DNA of 64,000 nt from the human T2T-CHM13v2.0 reference genome, Homo sapiens (GCF_009914755.1 NC_060937.1); one strand, 5' to 3'; positions 24,901 to 45,294 are shown, numbered from the stretch's first letter. Numbers and translations are program-made. The notes: generated by a model not told the origin, from the sequence alone.

Positions 24901-25178
24901 TTAGGCCCCAGGTGGATCTGGGTGGAATTCACCCTGAGGGGGACATTCGGCCCCAGGTACGCATCAGGCCTCAGCTGAATAACCAGTCCCCAGGTGGACA
25001 TTAACCCACAGGTCAACCACAGTCCCCAGGTTGATACCTGGTCCCCAGGTGGCTACTCAATCTGCAGGGTAACATTAGGCCCCTGTAGGATCCCAGGCCC
25101 CAAGTGGATTCCTAGGCCCCTGGTGAACATCAGGTGCAGGTGTCCAAGTAGGCCCTGGGTGGACATAACTGTGTACAG
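15916..25178. repeat. Degenerate 18/19-bp tandem array (GGCCTGATGTCCACCTGG / CCAGGTGGACATCAGGCC), roughly 480 units, with orientation switches
   Basis: Example near 21964: ccacctggggcctgatgt ccacctgcagccagatat ccacctggcaccagatgt. Reverse-complement units at ~20302-20555 and ~22545-25178. Unit count is length divided by ~18.4. Confidence 0.92.
19773..20129 (-). mobile_element. MSTA-like solo LTR inserted in the 18-mer array
   Basis: tgtattagtcc...gagatttgggtggagacatagagccaatatca; 5-bp TSD gtcct/ggcct with 1 mismatch. Confidence 0.88.
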
Positions 25179-25335
25179 GTAAGGAGTTGACCTATGGGGA
25201 GGATGAGCAGTCAGAAGCCCACTGGGGTCCTGCGTAGGTCTTCTGGAAGGGGGAGGCTGAGGGGATGGAACCTTAAAGAAGCAACCTCACTTCTTTGGCA
25301 ACAGACCCTAATAGAACTTAGAATTCTGGTAACCA

Positions 25336-25957
<622 letters not shown>

Positions 25958-25988
25958 TCACTTGGTGGGAGATGCTCAAGAGAGCAAG

Positions 25989-27185
<1,197 letters not shown>

Positions 27186-27510
27186 GTTTGACTTTTTGAA
27201 ACTTCCATGACTTCTTTCACTCCCTAATATTGTAGATGGTGTTTTTGAGGTGACGTTGAAAACCTCTGATAGTTGTGTATTTTGTTGTGGTTCTTTGGGT
27301 GATTAAATTACCATCTGATCAAGTGATATTGAAAACCCTTCAGGTATGGCTTTTAGAAGACTTTGACCTATTTTTGCTTGTGTTGACTCTCCCTCCAGCT
27401 TTGTGGAAAGAGGGATCATGTAGGTTCATTTCTCAGGCAGATCAGTCACCTTTTGCTATCAAAGTTTTAGCATCCATTTCGAAAATTTGATGTACAAGTT
27501 GATATTTTGG

Positions 27511-27870
27511 TGTTTTTAGCTAATCTGGGGTCAAAACAGAATGCCATAGATGAGGAAGCTTATAAACAAATTTGTTTCTCTCTGTTCTGGAGATGGCAAA
27601 ATTCAAGGTCAAGTGGTTAGCAGATTCCATGTCTGGTGTGGGCTTGCTTTGTGGTTCATAGACAGCCATGTTTCTACCATGTCCTCACATGACAGAAGGG
27701 ATGAGGGAGCTTTCTATGGTGCCTTCTATAGGGGCTACTAATCCCACTCCTGTGGTCCCTGCCTTCATGATCTAATCATTCCCCAAGGCCCTACCTCCAA
27801 ATATCATCACATAGGGAATTAGATTTCAGCACTTGAATTTGAGGGGGACAATAACATTTGGTCTGTAGCA
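27511..27870 (-). mobile_element. MLT1A-like LTR
   Basis: gttctggagatgg..caaggtcaag..tgtcctcacatg..ctaatcattccccaaggccctacctcc..gaatttgagggggaca. Confidence 0.75.
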
Positions 27871-28224
27871 TCAGGTTACCCAGAGCCTTATGCATTCGGA
27901 GGAAATCCAAAATCTTCTATAAGTGTTTGCTGGTCCCCTCCGGGCTTAGGGGAATCTTTAATTGCAGCTCTTGATTCAGCTTGGTCCAAGCCGAAATTCT
28001 ACGTTTGCCTGAGTAACTTGTTCATGGGACAGAGGGAAGTATAGAGGCAACTGACCATTTGGAGTTTAGGACAATTGATGGAAGAGGGCTTGGCATCTGG
28101 ATGAGAAGTGGAGGGAGAATAGAACAAAGGCACAGAAGGAGAGAGCACAATGAGAAAGGGGAAGAGGGACATCTGGACATAAGGGCCAACTGGAGGGCAG
28201 GGAAGGTAATTTTCCTTGCATTTT

Positions 28225-28685
<461 letters not shown>

Positions 28686-29096
28686 TGGGATGTATATCAG
28701 GAAGACATTTGATTATGTAAAATAACTGCAAAGCAAACTGAAGGGGAAATATTTTAAACTGCTTGAATATAATTAGATAATTCAACTCTTCCTATGTATG
28801 TAGTTTGACCACGTATTTGATGTCTGCTATACTAAGATTGGAAATGTGTAGAAGTGTTTTTAAAAATCAGGTAGAAGCACAGAAAAAAGGAGTTGGAGAG
28901 AAAAGAAAACTAGCTATTGTCTGGTAACAAGAGAAGAGAAGGGAAACGAAGTAGCATATTTTTGTTCATTGTTTGATGGCATCTAAATTATAATCCCAAA
29001 TATTTTTTCTAAGAAATCCAATAATACAAGTATTCAGAGTGGAGTACCAACACTGATTTACTGGGAAAGAGAAGTGTAATCTGTTTTGCTGCATAA

Positions 29097-29660
29097 TGTT
29101 GAGGGAGAAGGAAAGGAAAATTAGTTGAGTAAACAAGTAAGAGACTGGTCCTCAGGGAAGCTGTCTGCCTGAAAAATCACAACTACTGCACCTACAGATA
29201 AGCCCTGAACAGATAAGCATGCAGGGTCCAGCACCGATGCCTTCTGTTCTTTGTGTAATTGGCAAGCTCCCAGGTAAAATTTTCCTCCCCTTTTCAGGCA
29301 TATACATGGCGGCCTCTGTGGGAACTTGCACAGGGAGGAGGGGGGCTTACCTAAAACAAACCCACAGTTATACAAACAGGAGAAGCCCACTTTGTGCTTG
29401 ACTAGAGACATACCCACAGCTGGATATATAAAGGGAATTGTGCAGACAGTTTTATATATAGCTGAGAGGAGTTTCTTATAAAAGCTTTTTGATTCAACTG
29501 TAAAAACGGCAATCCACTTGGACGCCCTTGTCTGCTGCAGAGAGCTTCCTCCTTTTGCTTATTAAACTTTCACTCCCACCTCACCCGTGTGTCCCCGTTC
29601 CTTAATCATCTTGGTGGTGAGATGAAGAACTCAAGGTGATACCTCACAAGAGAGACTGCT
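29097..29660 (+). mobile_element. ERV1 MER4-group solo LTR (MER50/MER61/MER83-like)
   Basis: tg..gagggagaaggaaagg start, cttataaaagc TATA region, gcagagagcttcctccttttgcttattaaactttc poly(A) region. Confidence 0.65.
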
Positions 29661-30200
29661 ACATTGTGTTGCATTGGTGAGACTGCAACTTTAAGAAGTG
29701 TGACTTTTATTGCTGCTGAATTATTTTATCTCCTACCCAGTTGAAAATAAAGGATATAAAGTGCTTAGGTTGAACACAAAGTCCTCTGCTCTAGGTAACA
29801 TCTTCAGCAGCCACATTAGCAGAGGCATGGGTGGTAATGGTGGAATAGATGTCTCTTTGCTTCTGACAGGGTGTCTGCTTATGTGTTAAACAAAATAGTA
29901 TGGTATATATTTCATTAAGAAATCTGCTAAAAAATGAAGTAAAAGAGGTTCATGTTCTTAAGAGGCACAGGATTTGCTACGGCAGCAAGACCAAAAGGCT
30001 TAAGTAACAAAAATGTGCATAGTAGTTACAAACATTTTCATCTAAACAAAACAATGTGAGCATCTGCATATGACAATAACTCATGCAAAAATATTTTTAA
30101 CTGAGATTGAAATCATTTTATACATAACGTGTTATCACCGTATTCTCAGGTAATATATTGTTTGTATATAGATGTTATAAATAATAACTTATTTAAGTTA

Positions 30201-31021
<821 letters not shown>

Positions 31022-31325
31022 TGGAAGTTGTACTGCTGAAAACAAGAGCTACCAACAAAAAAATTTCAGGAAACCTAGTGTGATTATTTTTAATAGAAAT
31101 CAATATTTTAATACAGGTCTCTTGTTTTTTCTTGTGGAAATAAATGACAAGATGGAATTTCTGGGTGTTTGGTGTCTGAATATTTAAGTATAGCAGGTAT
31201 GGTCAGTTTTTCAAAGACATTTTACCATCTTACTTGTCCATCGGCAACTCATAAGATATGTGGAACAACGTCCTCTCCAACAACCTCTAGTATCAGTCTT
31301 TGTAAAGTTTGTCAATTAAATGGGT

Positions 31326-31761
<436 letters not shown>

Positions 31762-31939
31762 TAGGTTTTGCAGGTAATTATTATATTATTAAAAGATAAC
31801 AGAATACCTAGCTAAAAAAAAAATGCAAGGAGGCATTGATGGGCACATGTTTACTGAGCACATCCTGACTCCAGAATTAAAAATCCAATTTATGCCTCTG
31901 TAGTCCAATAAAATTTTTCCTTAAGAATCCAGGGATCAG

Positions 31940-33010
31940 ACTTTCATCTCAGCAACCACTCCAATATGGTTTCTCACCTACTCATTCCAACGAGCTGCTC
32001 ATATCAAAATATAAGTGCTATCCATATTGTTAAATTATAAATTGAACCATAACTTCTCGGCCTTCATCTTAATTTATATATCAGCAGCATTTCACACAGT
32101 TGATCTCCACCTTCTCTTTGTAAAACTTTTTTATAGAATTCCAGAACACTTAACTTACTTTCCCCCCACCACGTTTTTGATAATTACCCCTAGTCCTTTT
32201 TTGCAGGTTTCATCTTTACTATTTTTTAAATGTTAGAGGACCATTAGGCTCAGGACTTTGACTTCTTATCTTTCTTATCTTTGCTTTCTTACTAATTTTT
32301 GTGTCATTAATTTCCTGATATTTCATATTACACCTAAACACTGGACACTACACCCAACACTCCCTGACTTTTCCACGTGGATGTCAGTTAAGAATCTCAA
32401 AATTAATATGTCTGTATGGAGCCACTGAAACTCCCAAAATTTGCTCTTCCCCATTCTGTTTAATGGCAACTCCCATTTTATAGTTTCTCAGCTCAATATT
32501 CTTGGTGTCCCCTTTTAATTCTGTCTCTGTAGCTCTGTCACTCTCTTCCTGTATCTGTCTGATTCTCTCCCTCTCTCTCCTCTCTCTCTTGCTCACTCTC
32601 ACTCTTGCTCTCTTTCCCTGCTTCACACACACACAAACACACACAGACAGACACACACACACACACACACACACATTTTCAGATCTGATGTGTATGGAAT
32701 TCCTGCCAGCTTTACCTTTAAAGTGTAGTAATTCCAAATGTTGTTGAAAATTCACCTTCCCACCCCCACCACTTGGTAACTATAGCGCTTTCCACACAAG
32801 GCCAAGTGCACAGATTTCTTGGGGAAATAATGAGAACTATTATACACTCTTATTTCAAGGACCCTTAAAATTATAGGATTGCCATATTTGATACTAATTT
32901 AAGCTTCTGTCATTGCCCTTTTTTCAATCCAGTCTCCACACAGCTACCACAGTGTGCAAGTAGAAGTCTCAGCCATATCACCAAACTCCTGCTTTAATGT
33001 CCCTACTCCA
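31940..33010 (+). mobile_element. L2 fragments with internal (TC)n(CA)n at 32520-32674
   Basis: cagcagcatttcacacagttgatc, tctcaaaattaatatgtct, taatggcaactccc. Confidence 0.6.
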
Positions 33011-35092
33011 TTGCTTCTTTTCTCCTTCAGAAGAGTTTAAGCTTAATGAAGCTGGGCAACTTTACATATTTTTCCATGAACTGGAGATCACTTGGTGTAA
33101 GGTAAAAATGACCAGTAAATATTTTCAAATAACAGAATCTACGAATAATAGTCTTGTTTCTTTGAGAGTACATTGACTTTTAAAAATCAAGAAAATAGAT
33201 TGGTCAAGAGAATTCTGCTTGTTTTGATTTTGTTATCCCTCGATTAGATTAACTGTGTTAGTATAAAAGTCAGTGTGGAAAGCTATAAGCAATTCCTAAA
33301 CTTTAAAATGAAAGGCATGGAATTTAAATATCTGTTCCTTTTATTCAAGCAACCAAAAAACATAACTTTTTAAATATATTTTATGTATGTATGAAATCTA
33401 AATTTATTTTTCTCTCTTTATCCCTGAATACTTTTTAAAGTTATTCATGTCCTCATTATTTTTTAATCCACTTCAGTCACATTTTAAAATATATTTTCGA
33501 CTTCATTAAGAATATCTTTGTGTTCCACTGAATAGCTTGCCAAATAATAAAACATTAGCAGTATAATTTCCTCATAAACTTTATTTAATTTGCTTGGTTA
33601 AACATAGATTTCCTACTCTCAACTCATAATTTCATTCAAGTATAATATATTCTACTTGACATTTGCAGGGTTTTCATACCATGCATTTGTCATTGAAATT
33701 GGTTTTTGATATTTGAACCACTAGTTTATAATTGTCTTGTTGGTTAGACTGGTCTGTAGAATCTTTCTTTGTTTTGATTCTGTGGTTTATTCATTGTGGA
33801 ATAGCTGTGCTACTGTAAATTTTGAGGTCAAAAGCTTAAAACATTTTATGTATTTTAAAACAAAGTGGATGGCATTTAAATATCTATTCCTTAAAATTTG
33901 GAAGAAAGGTTAATACCATATAAACCCAGAGCCTGTTTTTTAGATTAGTAGCATGTAGACATTTTCAATTTCTTCTAAAGTTGAAAAAAATAAACATTTT
34001 ATATTCATAGAATGCTTGATGAAGGTAAATATTTAATTTTCACTTAAAAGAAATTTGGTTACATTGAAAGGAAATTTGGCTAATATAAGTGAGATACATA
34101 TCTAATTAAAACAATAATTTAAGATAAATAATGCTCAAAGAACAGTGGTCGTTGCATTTATTCCAGAGAGAGGACATTTATCCTGATCTGGCTGTAATAA
34201 CGTAGTAGGTAGAACTGCTGGCGTGGACACCCAAGCAAGGAAGGAAAGCTGGTGTCTCAAGGGGTCCCACTGAGATGGAAAGGGGTCAGGGCCCAGACTG
34301 TTGATGTCACCTGGACCCAACCACCACATCTTGGAAGAAGAAATGACCCTCCCTTCCTGGTGTTGCCCCAAACAAGGAGCTTAGCAGTGTTGCACACAGG
34401 ATAGTCCTTGCAGGAGACATGTTTGACAAGCTGCTGAGGTGCCTGATGGGGCCAGGCTTTTTTTCATGAAATGAGTTTGCATCCTGAGGAAGCCTCTTTA
34501 TTGGAAACCTGGCAGGGATCCAATTTCCCCTTTGCCTTAACCCCGTAGGAGCATAGTAGATAGGGAGGAGGTCACCCAGGTGGCTGTTCCTGCTTGGCCC
34601 CCACTTCCCAGAACCTTCCAGGCAGGGAGAGCCGCTGAGATCACTCCATGGGCTGCTCACATGGGGTCTGGACCCAGCCGCCCTCCTGTGCCTGGCAGGC
34701 AGCCCCTGGGCCATCACAGGACCCACTGTGTGGTGATCAGTGGCCCACCACCTGCCCTTGTGGTGGGTGCGGTTCACAGGTGCTGCCCCAGTCCTGGCAC
34801 ACTGGCCTTCCCAGCCTGGCCCAGGATAGGGGATGTGAATGATCCTTGCCTGTGCCCCTTCAGACCATGTGAGGTTGGACACTCACTGCAGAAGTCCCTC
34901 CAGGTCCCTTTTCAACTGAGTTGTGGGGGACTTGCTTAGTCCTCATGCCCAGGGTCAGGGGAGGGGTGCAGAGTCTGCACCCTAAATCCCCTAGGGCCTG
35001 AGGGAGGTCTCCCAGGTTATCTCTGTCCTCTCCAGTGACACGAGTCCTCCCAGATGGCCTCAGCCCTCTCAGGTGACTTGCTTCCATGGTGA

Positions 35093-36452
<1,360 letters not shown>

Positions 36453-36664
36453 GTAAGGAGACAAATGGAGACCCCAGGACAGGGACTCTCCTGTCCCACA
36501 AGTGCCCAGCTCCCCCAGGAAGACCTGGTTCACCCCAAGTCAGCAGGAAGCACAGGAAAGTTTCTGCATGGCACAGAAGCCAGGCCCTCCTCAAGAGGGG
36601 GCATCACACAGCAGGGGTCAGGATTCAGGCCCGCTGCTATTTCCACATTATTCATTTTATAAGG

Positions 36665-36858
36665 TGATATGGTTTGGCTGCGTTGCCACCCAAATCTCAT
36701 CTTGAACTGTAATTTCCATAATCCTCATGTGTCCTGGGAGGGACCCAGTGAGAGGTAACTGAATCATGGCGGCAGTTTCCCCATGCTGTTCTCATGATAG
36801 TAAGTGAGTTCTCATGTGATCTGATGGTTTTATAAGCAGCTGGCATTTCCCTTGCTTG
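36665..36858 (+). mobile_element. THE1-type LTR, 5' half
   Basis: tgatatggtttggctg..cccaaatctcatcttgaa..catgctgttctcatgatagt..tctgatggttttataa. Confidence 0.85.
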
Positions 36859-36997
36859 AGGTGATGAATGCCCCATTTACCCTGATGTGTTTATTACACA
36901 TTGCATGCCTGTGTCAAACTATCTCATGTACCCCATAAATATATACACCTACCATGTACTCATATAAATTAAAAATAAAAATAAATTTTTTAAAAAA
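36859..36997 (+). mobile_element. L1MA/L1PB 3' end
   Basis: ccatttaccctgatgtg..catgtaccccataaatatatacacctac followed by an A-rich tail. Confidence 0.8.
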
Positions 36998-38394
36998 GTG
37001 TGAGTTTTAAAGGTGAGGTTTGCCCTCCAGCGCTGGTGCCTGCCAGGTGTGACCTTCACATCATCTTTCCACATGGTCCAGGCCCCCATCTGCAGAGGCC
37101 AACAGTTCCCAGAGTGACCTTCCTCAGAAAACAGGGTCTTGGAGGAGACAGTCAGAGGAGGGGGCCTCGTCCTCCCCACTGCACAGCCCCTTGTGGGGAT
37201 TGGAAGTGAGGGTCTCTGCCCACAAGTTATCAGTCACCCTAAGCTGTTTTGTGGGAGGAAGCATAGGGAATATAGGTCAGTGCTGGGACAGCGTTTCCTG
37301 ATCCTGACTTGGAGAAGGTGTTAAAATCTTGACATTCCCGACACCTCCTTTGTGAGAGCCCCTGTCCTGCAGGTCTCACAGGGTTGTTGTGAGGGTCACC
37401 TGTGGTGATGGGTTTGGAAGTGCTTTGTGAATGACACAGTGGGCCTTCCTATTCCTGTCATTGGCCTTTCGACCTTCAATACTAATTGCCTGGGGATCTC
37501 CAGGCCTCAAGGTCTAATCCTGGAAGGGTATGAGATGTCCCTAGTGGAATATTCTACACCTCCTGGGAGGTCTCTCACTTCAACCTTCACCTGACATAAC
37601 CCCTGCTCCTGTTCCCTCAACCTGGAGAGCTTGCCCAGGAGCACATGGTAGTACTGGACTGACCTCTTTGGAAAGGGTGATTACATCCTCATTTCAGCTC
37701 TCCCTCCTCCTAGCTTTCCACGTAGAAATCCAGGGCTCCATGCAGCATTTGCTGGACATGAGGGGAAAACTTTTAGGGCATGGATCTGCCCTGGGTGGGG
37801 ACAGAGGAGTATCCTGGAGTCTGAGTGTCAGGAGTGTGAGACCTGCCCTGCTGGCCAGCCCCTGTCCCCATGCTGCTCGATGCATGATGTTTCCTGCACA
37901 AGCTTCCTTTAGAGGGAAGCTTCCGGAGTGACTGCAGTGAGGTCCATGCTGTTGGGGGTGACAGAGCAGCCCTGGAGGCCCTCTGCTCTTACCCTGGCAG
38001 GAGGTGGCCAAAAAGAAGCAGGCAGAGGAAGCTTCTCCAACACGCTTGGAAAGAAATTTCCACATATCACTCACGTCACTCTTGCCACTAGAAGGAAAAT
38101 TTCTACAGTGGAGTGGAAGAAAATGACTATGCTGTGAGAGAGAATGGATGCATCCAGAAGAGCAAGGCAGGAGGGAAATGTGCCCATTGCCATAATTTTG
38201 TGTCTTTTGAAGACATTTGCCAGAATTCTACTTTTGAAGGCTGCCCCTTTTGACAGTCACTTACTGAGGAAGCTGTGGGACATTTTCAAAGCCTTTTATA
38301 TAGAAAAAAAAAACACAAAATATACTGCTGTGGGTCTGTGTTCAGAGACTACGAAGAGCACAGATGCCACTGTTCTGTGTCGCAGATGCTGTGG

Positions 38395-38540
38395 GAAGTG
38401 CCTTAACACACAGAGGTTTGCTTCATGCAACCGGGTGAGGAACATCTCTAAAACATTTTACAGTCAAGGAAATTCAGTGTTCAGGAGGTTGAATGCGTTA
38501 TCCAAGATCACACATATGTCCTGACAGATTCGGGGTTCAA
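38395..38540 (-). mobile_element. MIR fragment
   Basis: cattttacagtcaaggaaattcag..gaggttgaatgcgttatccaagatcacac. Confidence 0.55.
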
Positions 38541-39086
38541 TGAAGAATTATGTATTTTAATTAAGAATTATGTATTTTGATTAATAATTATATATTTTAA
38601 TTTCACATTTTAAATTTCTGCAGTTTTCTTCCATCACTTTTCACCATGCTTTCTACACTTGGAATTACTTTTTTTGACTTCTTGATCTTCTTTACTTGTA
38701 TGTTATTGATTTTCTACAAGTTTTAACATATATGATTAAAGAGTATTTCTTAATGTTTTAATAATTATCCTAGAATAAAATATATTTACTTTGATGTATG
38801 CATTGGATATTACAGTGTATTGTGTACATTTTCAAACACTTTGTGTTATACCAGAAGCATTATTCAACAGTGGTCATTTTTTTACCTGAACTATGTTCAG
38901 AAAATCTTTCCACCACAGTACAAAAAGATCGACTTCATTTTGTTAACAGATGGATGTGCCATAGTGCAATTAACTGTTTAATTATCCTGTTATCCTGTTG
39001 TGGATATTTAAGTTCAAACAATGCAGTAATAAATATGCAAGAGTGCTTTTAGACATTAAACAATGTGGCTCTAAATTAGGAACTAG

Positions 39087-39379
<293 letters not shown>

Positions 39380-39504
39380 CTAGAAGTACAATTGCTTAGC
39401 CAAATTTCTTATGCATTTTGAATGATAAGAGTTACTGCCTAATTTCTGTTACAAAGGCTATGGTAATTTACACTCAAAACACAGAATAGGTTGGTTGTTG
39501 TCAC

Positions 39505-39773
39505 ATATGGAGTCTTACTGTTGCCGAGACTGGAGTGCAGTGGTGTAATCCTAGCTCGTTGTAGCCTCCAACGCCTAGGCTCAAGCAATCCTCCCACCTC
39601 AGCCTCCCTCCCAATTAACTAGGATTACAGGTGCATGCCACCACACCCGGCTAATTTTATTCTTAGATATGGGATCTTGCTATGTTGCCCAGGCTGGTCT
39701 TGAAATCCTGGCCTCAAGGTGACCTCAGCCTCCAGTGTAGCTGACATTACAGGCGTGAGACACTGTACCTGGC
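39505..39773 (-). mobile_element. AluJ
   Basis: ggctcaagcaatcctcccacctcagcc, ttgctatgttgcccaggctggtcttgaa. Confidence 0.85.
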
Positions 39774-39967
39774 TGAATGAGTGCCTCTATCCTGACACTT
39801 GTGTCCCCACGGGATCCTGCAGAATTCAGGACCCTGTCCACACAGGGGAAAACTCTCTGTTGCAGTCCTGATGACTGAGAAGGGAGCTTACCCATGGCTC
39901 TCTTGGTCATTTTTATTTAATAGTGAGCACAGAACCTCACATTTTCTGGAATGTTCCCATATGATTT

Positions 39968-40540
39968 TGTGAGAGAAAAGAGAATAGAGACCCCAACTCC
40001 AAGCTCACTGTGTCAAAGGGAAAATTAAGCTTGGGAACTGAGTTACGCAATACTGCCTTCCTTGTTCTCAAACACATAGCCATAACTTCACAACCCTGTG
40101 TCATAGCCTCATCCATAAGCCAGGTTCCCACAGTGACAGAAGGCCACATGTCTCCTCAGATGTCCTCCCTCACAATTTGCTGTGAACCCCTAAATCTTTC
40201 AGAATGCACATCCCACCTGTAAACTATCCCTAAAAGTGAGTCGGCTCAATTTCACCCTGACAATCTCAATTACCAGCTTATTTTCATAGTTCTGGGACAA
40301 GGTCAGGACCAGAAATCATCCCTCTGCCTACCCTGAGATGAATGAATCATTGAGTTTTCCTCTACTCCACTCCCTCTATTCACATGCTTACTTTATCTTA
40401 TGTAAAATGGAGATTTACTGAATGTGAGATGAACGCATAACTGTTTCCTCTGCTCCCTCCTTTCCTATGTAAAATGTAGATATCCTGATGCTAATCAGAG
40501 CCACACAAGAATGCAAGCATTTGCTTCACTGCCTACCTTC
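39968..40540 (+). mobile_element. MER4-family ERV1 LTR
   Basis: tgtgagagaaaa..gacccc..caaagggaaaattaagcttgggaactg matches the recalled MER4 start. Confidence 0.65.
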
Positions 40541-40544
40541 AGTC

Positions 40545-42905
<2,361 letters not shown>

Positions 42906-43297
42906 AAAAAAGGATGGTTTAAATAAAGGAATGTTCATATAAAATATATATTAATTAGTGCAAACATATTTTATTTGACATGAGTTAGGTGAATCTTTGA
43001 TACATTAATTAATTTTAAAATTGTTAAATAAAATTAGAAATATCTTCGAATTTGCCAAGGTATGTTTCTCTCTTGGGATTACTGGTCAGTTTTATTTTTT
43101 CCTTGGATAGACATTTTAAGCCATAAATCTTGACATAGACCTGATGTAGACCTCCATACCTTTCCCAGATGTGGGACAGAGCAACTGGGACAGGTCCCTC
43201 CTAGCACTAAGGGATGATTAAACCTAACTTGTAGTCGTTGTACAACTATAAACATGGTTGATGCTTTAAGAGAAAGATCTTGATGGAAAGGGTTAAA

Positions 43298-43761
43298 TGT
43301 AAAAATTGATCATATGAATTGGGTCATTCTTATCACACCAAATAAAACCATCAACAAGCAAGGGGGAGGAGGCATTCAGGGCAAAAATGCCACTCCAAAA
43401 GCGTAATTCTCTGCATGCCTGGCTGCTGAAATTACCTGCTTTAAGCTGAAACCAGTTTTATCAAATGGTTACTGAAACAACCTCTTGAACACTAAGAGTA
43501 GCTTTACCCACCACTGTCCCTCACCTATCAGAGCCTGCCAGCTCTCAAAAACCTTACTGGTGCCAGTGAACTTTCTCAAAGAGAAATACATACCGTTTTT
43601 CTCTCTGTCTCCCTTTTTTATAAAACCTCTAACTTTCTCTTTATGTTTTGGACATACTAAAGACACCCATTCTGCATGTATGTGTGAAATTGTAATACTT
43701 GTGTCTCAAATAAAACATTTTAATTTCAGATGTTTGTCTCTATATTTATTTGACTTTGACA
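43298..43761 (+). mobile_element. ERV1 (MER4/MER34-group) solo LTR
   Basis: tg...ca ends, ttgggtcattcttatc, gctgaaaccagttttatc, aataaaac near the 3' end. Confidence 0.6.
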
Positions 43762-45294
43762 ATCTGATATTATTTAGCATTATTTCCAGTCTCCCAAATA
43801 ATGTCAAAATTTTGTTATGTTAGATAGGAATATCTTGGTATTCAACTTGAAGGTAAACTGCTTGATCAATGCATGTAATTCCTTGACAGATTGTCAGCAC
43901 CTCTAAAACTACATGTAGATATTGCTCATTATTAACACATTTCATCTTTTCATGATAAATTACAAAAATTTAATTTTCATTTTTAAAATGCAAACCATTA
44001 TGCCTTGTATTATGGCATTCTTGCATTACTATAAAGGAATACCTAAGCACTACATAATTTATACTGAAAAAAAAAGATTGACTTGGCTCACAGTTCTGCA
44101 GGCTGTACAGGAAGTACAGCATTGGCAGTTGCTTGACTTCAAGAAGGGTCCTCAGGGAGCTTTTACACATGGCAGAAGGTGAAGCAAAAGAAGGTATGTC
44201 ACATGGCCAGAGCAGCAGCAATCAGGGAGAGGTGCCACACACTTTTAACAGCCAGATGTAATGAGACCTCATTCACTCTTGCAAGGACAGTGCCAAGAGG
44301 ATGGTGTTAAACATGAGAAATCAGCCTTCATGACCCCATCACCTCCCACCAGACCCCGACTCCAACACTGGAAATTACAATTCGACATGAGACTTAAAGG
44401 GTACAACTTCCAAACTATTTCATTCCATCCCTGGCCCTTCAAATCTCATGTTCTTCTCACATTGCAAAATACAACCATCCCTTCTCAATAGTCCCCCAAA
44501 AGTCTCAACCTGTTTCAGCATCACTCGAAAGTGCAGTTTCTTCTGAGACAAGGCAAGTCCCTTCCACTGATGAGCCTGTAAAATCAAAACAAGTTATTTA
44601 CTTCTAAGATAAAATTGGGGTACAGGCATTGGGTAAACATTCCCATTACAAAAGGAGAAATTGGCCAAAAGCAAGGGGCTATAGGCCCCACACAAGTTCA
44701 AATCCCAGCAGGGCAGTCATTAAAACTCGATGTTCCAAAATAATCTCCTTTGAAACCACGTCCTACATCCTGGGAACATAGAGCGTTCCCACGATGCATA
44801 GGGTGGGCTCCCAAGGCCTTGGGCTGCTCTGCTCCCACAGCTCTTCTACACTGAAGGCATGAGCTGCTGGTGGCTCTATCATTCTGGGATCTGGAGGGCA
44901 GCAGCCCCCCTCCCACAGCTCCACTAGGCAGCCCCCCCAGTCAGGACCCTGAGTGGGGCCTCCAACCCCAATTTCCACTTGGCACTGTCCTAGAAGAGGT
45001 CCTCTTTGAGAGCTCCAGTGGTGCATAGTCTTCTCCCTGGGCATCCAGCCTTTCTCATACATCCTCTGAAATTTAGGCAGAGAATGCCAAGCCTCCTTCA
45101 CTCTTGCACTTTGCTCACCTGCAGGCTTAACACCACATGGAAGCCATCAAGGCTTATAGTTTGCACCCACTGAAGCCATGACCTGAGCTCTATCTGCAGC
45201 CCTTTGAACCAAGGCTGGAGCTAGAAGGGCCAGGATGCAAGGAACACCCTCCTGGGGGTGGTACAGGACAGTGATGCCCTGGCCCTGGTCCAAG

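Noticed and set aside
16268-25182. Array ORFs as a currently functional repeat protein
   Set aside because: 19-bp units and stops break every frame (longest listed ORF 164 aa), and inversions plus an LTR interrupt the array. Only a decayed-exon origin is kept as a hypothesis.
38144-38524. ORF containing APFDSHLLRKLWDIF, resembling the TBC LRxWD motif
   Set aside because: Spacing is off, there are no convincing splice sites and the ORF runs into a MIR fragment; probably chance.
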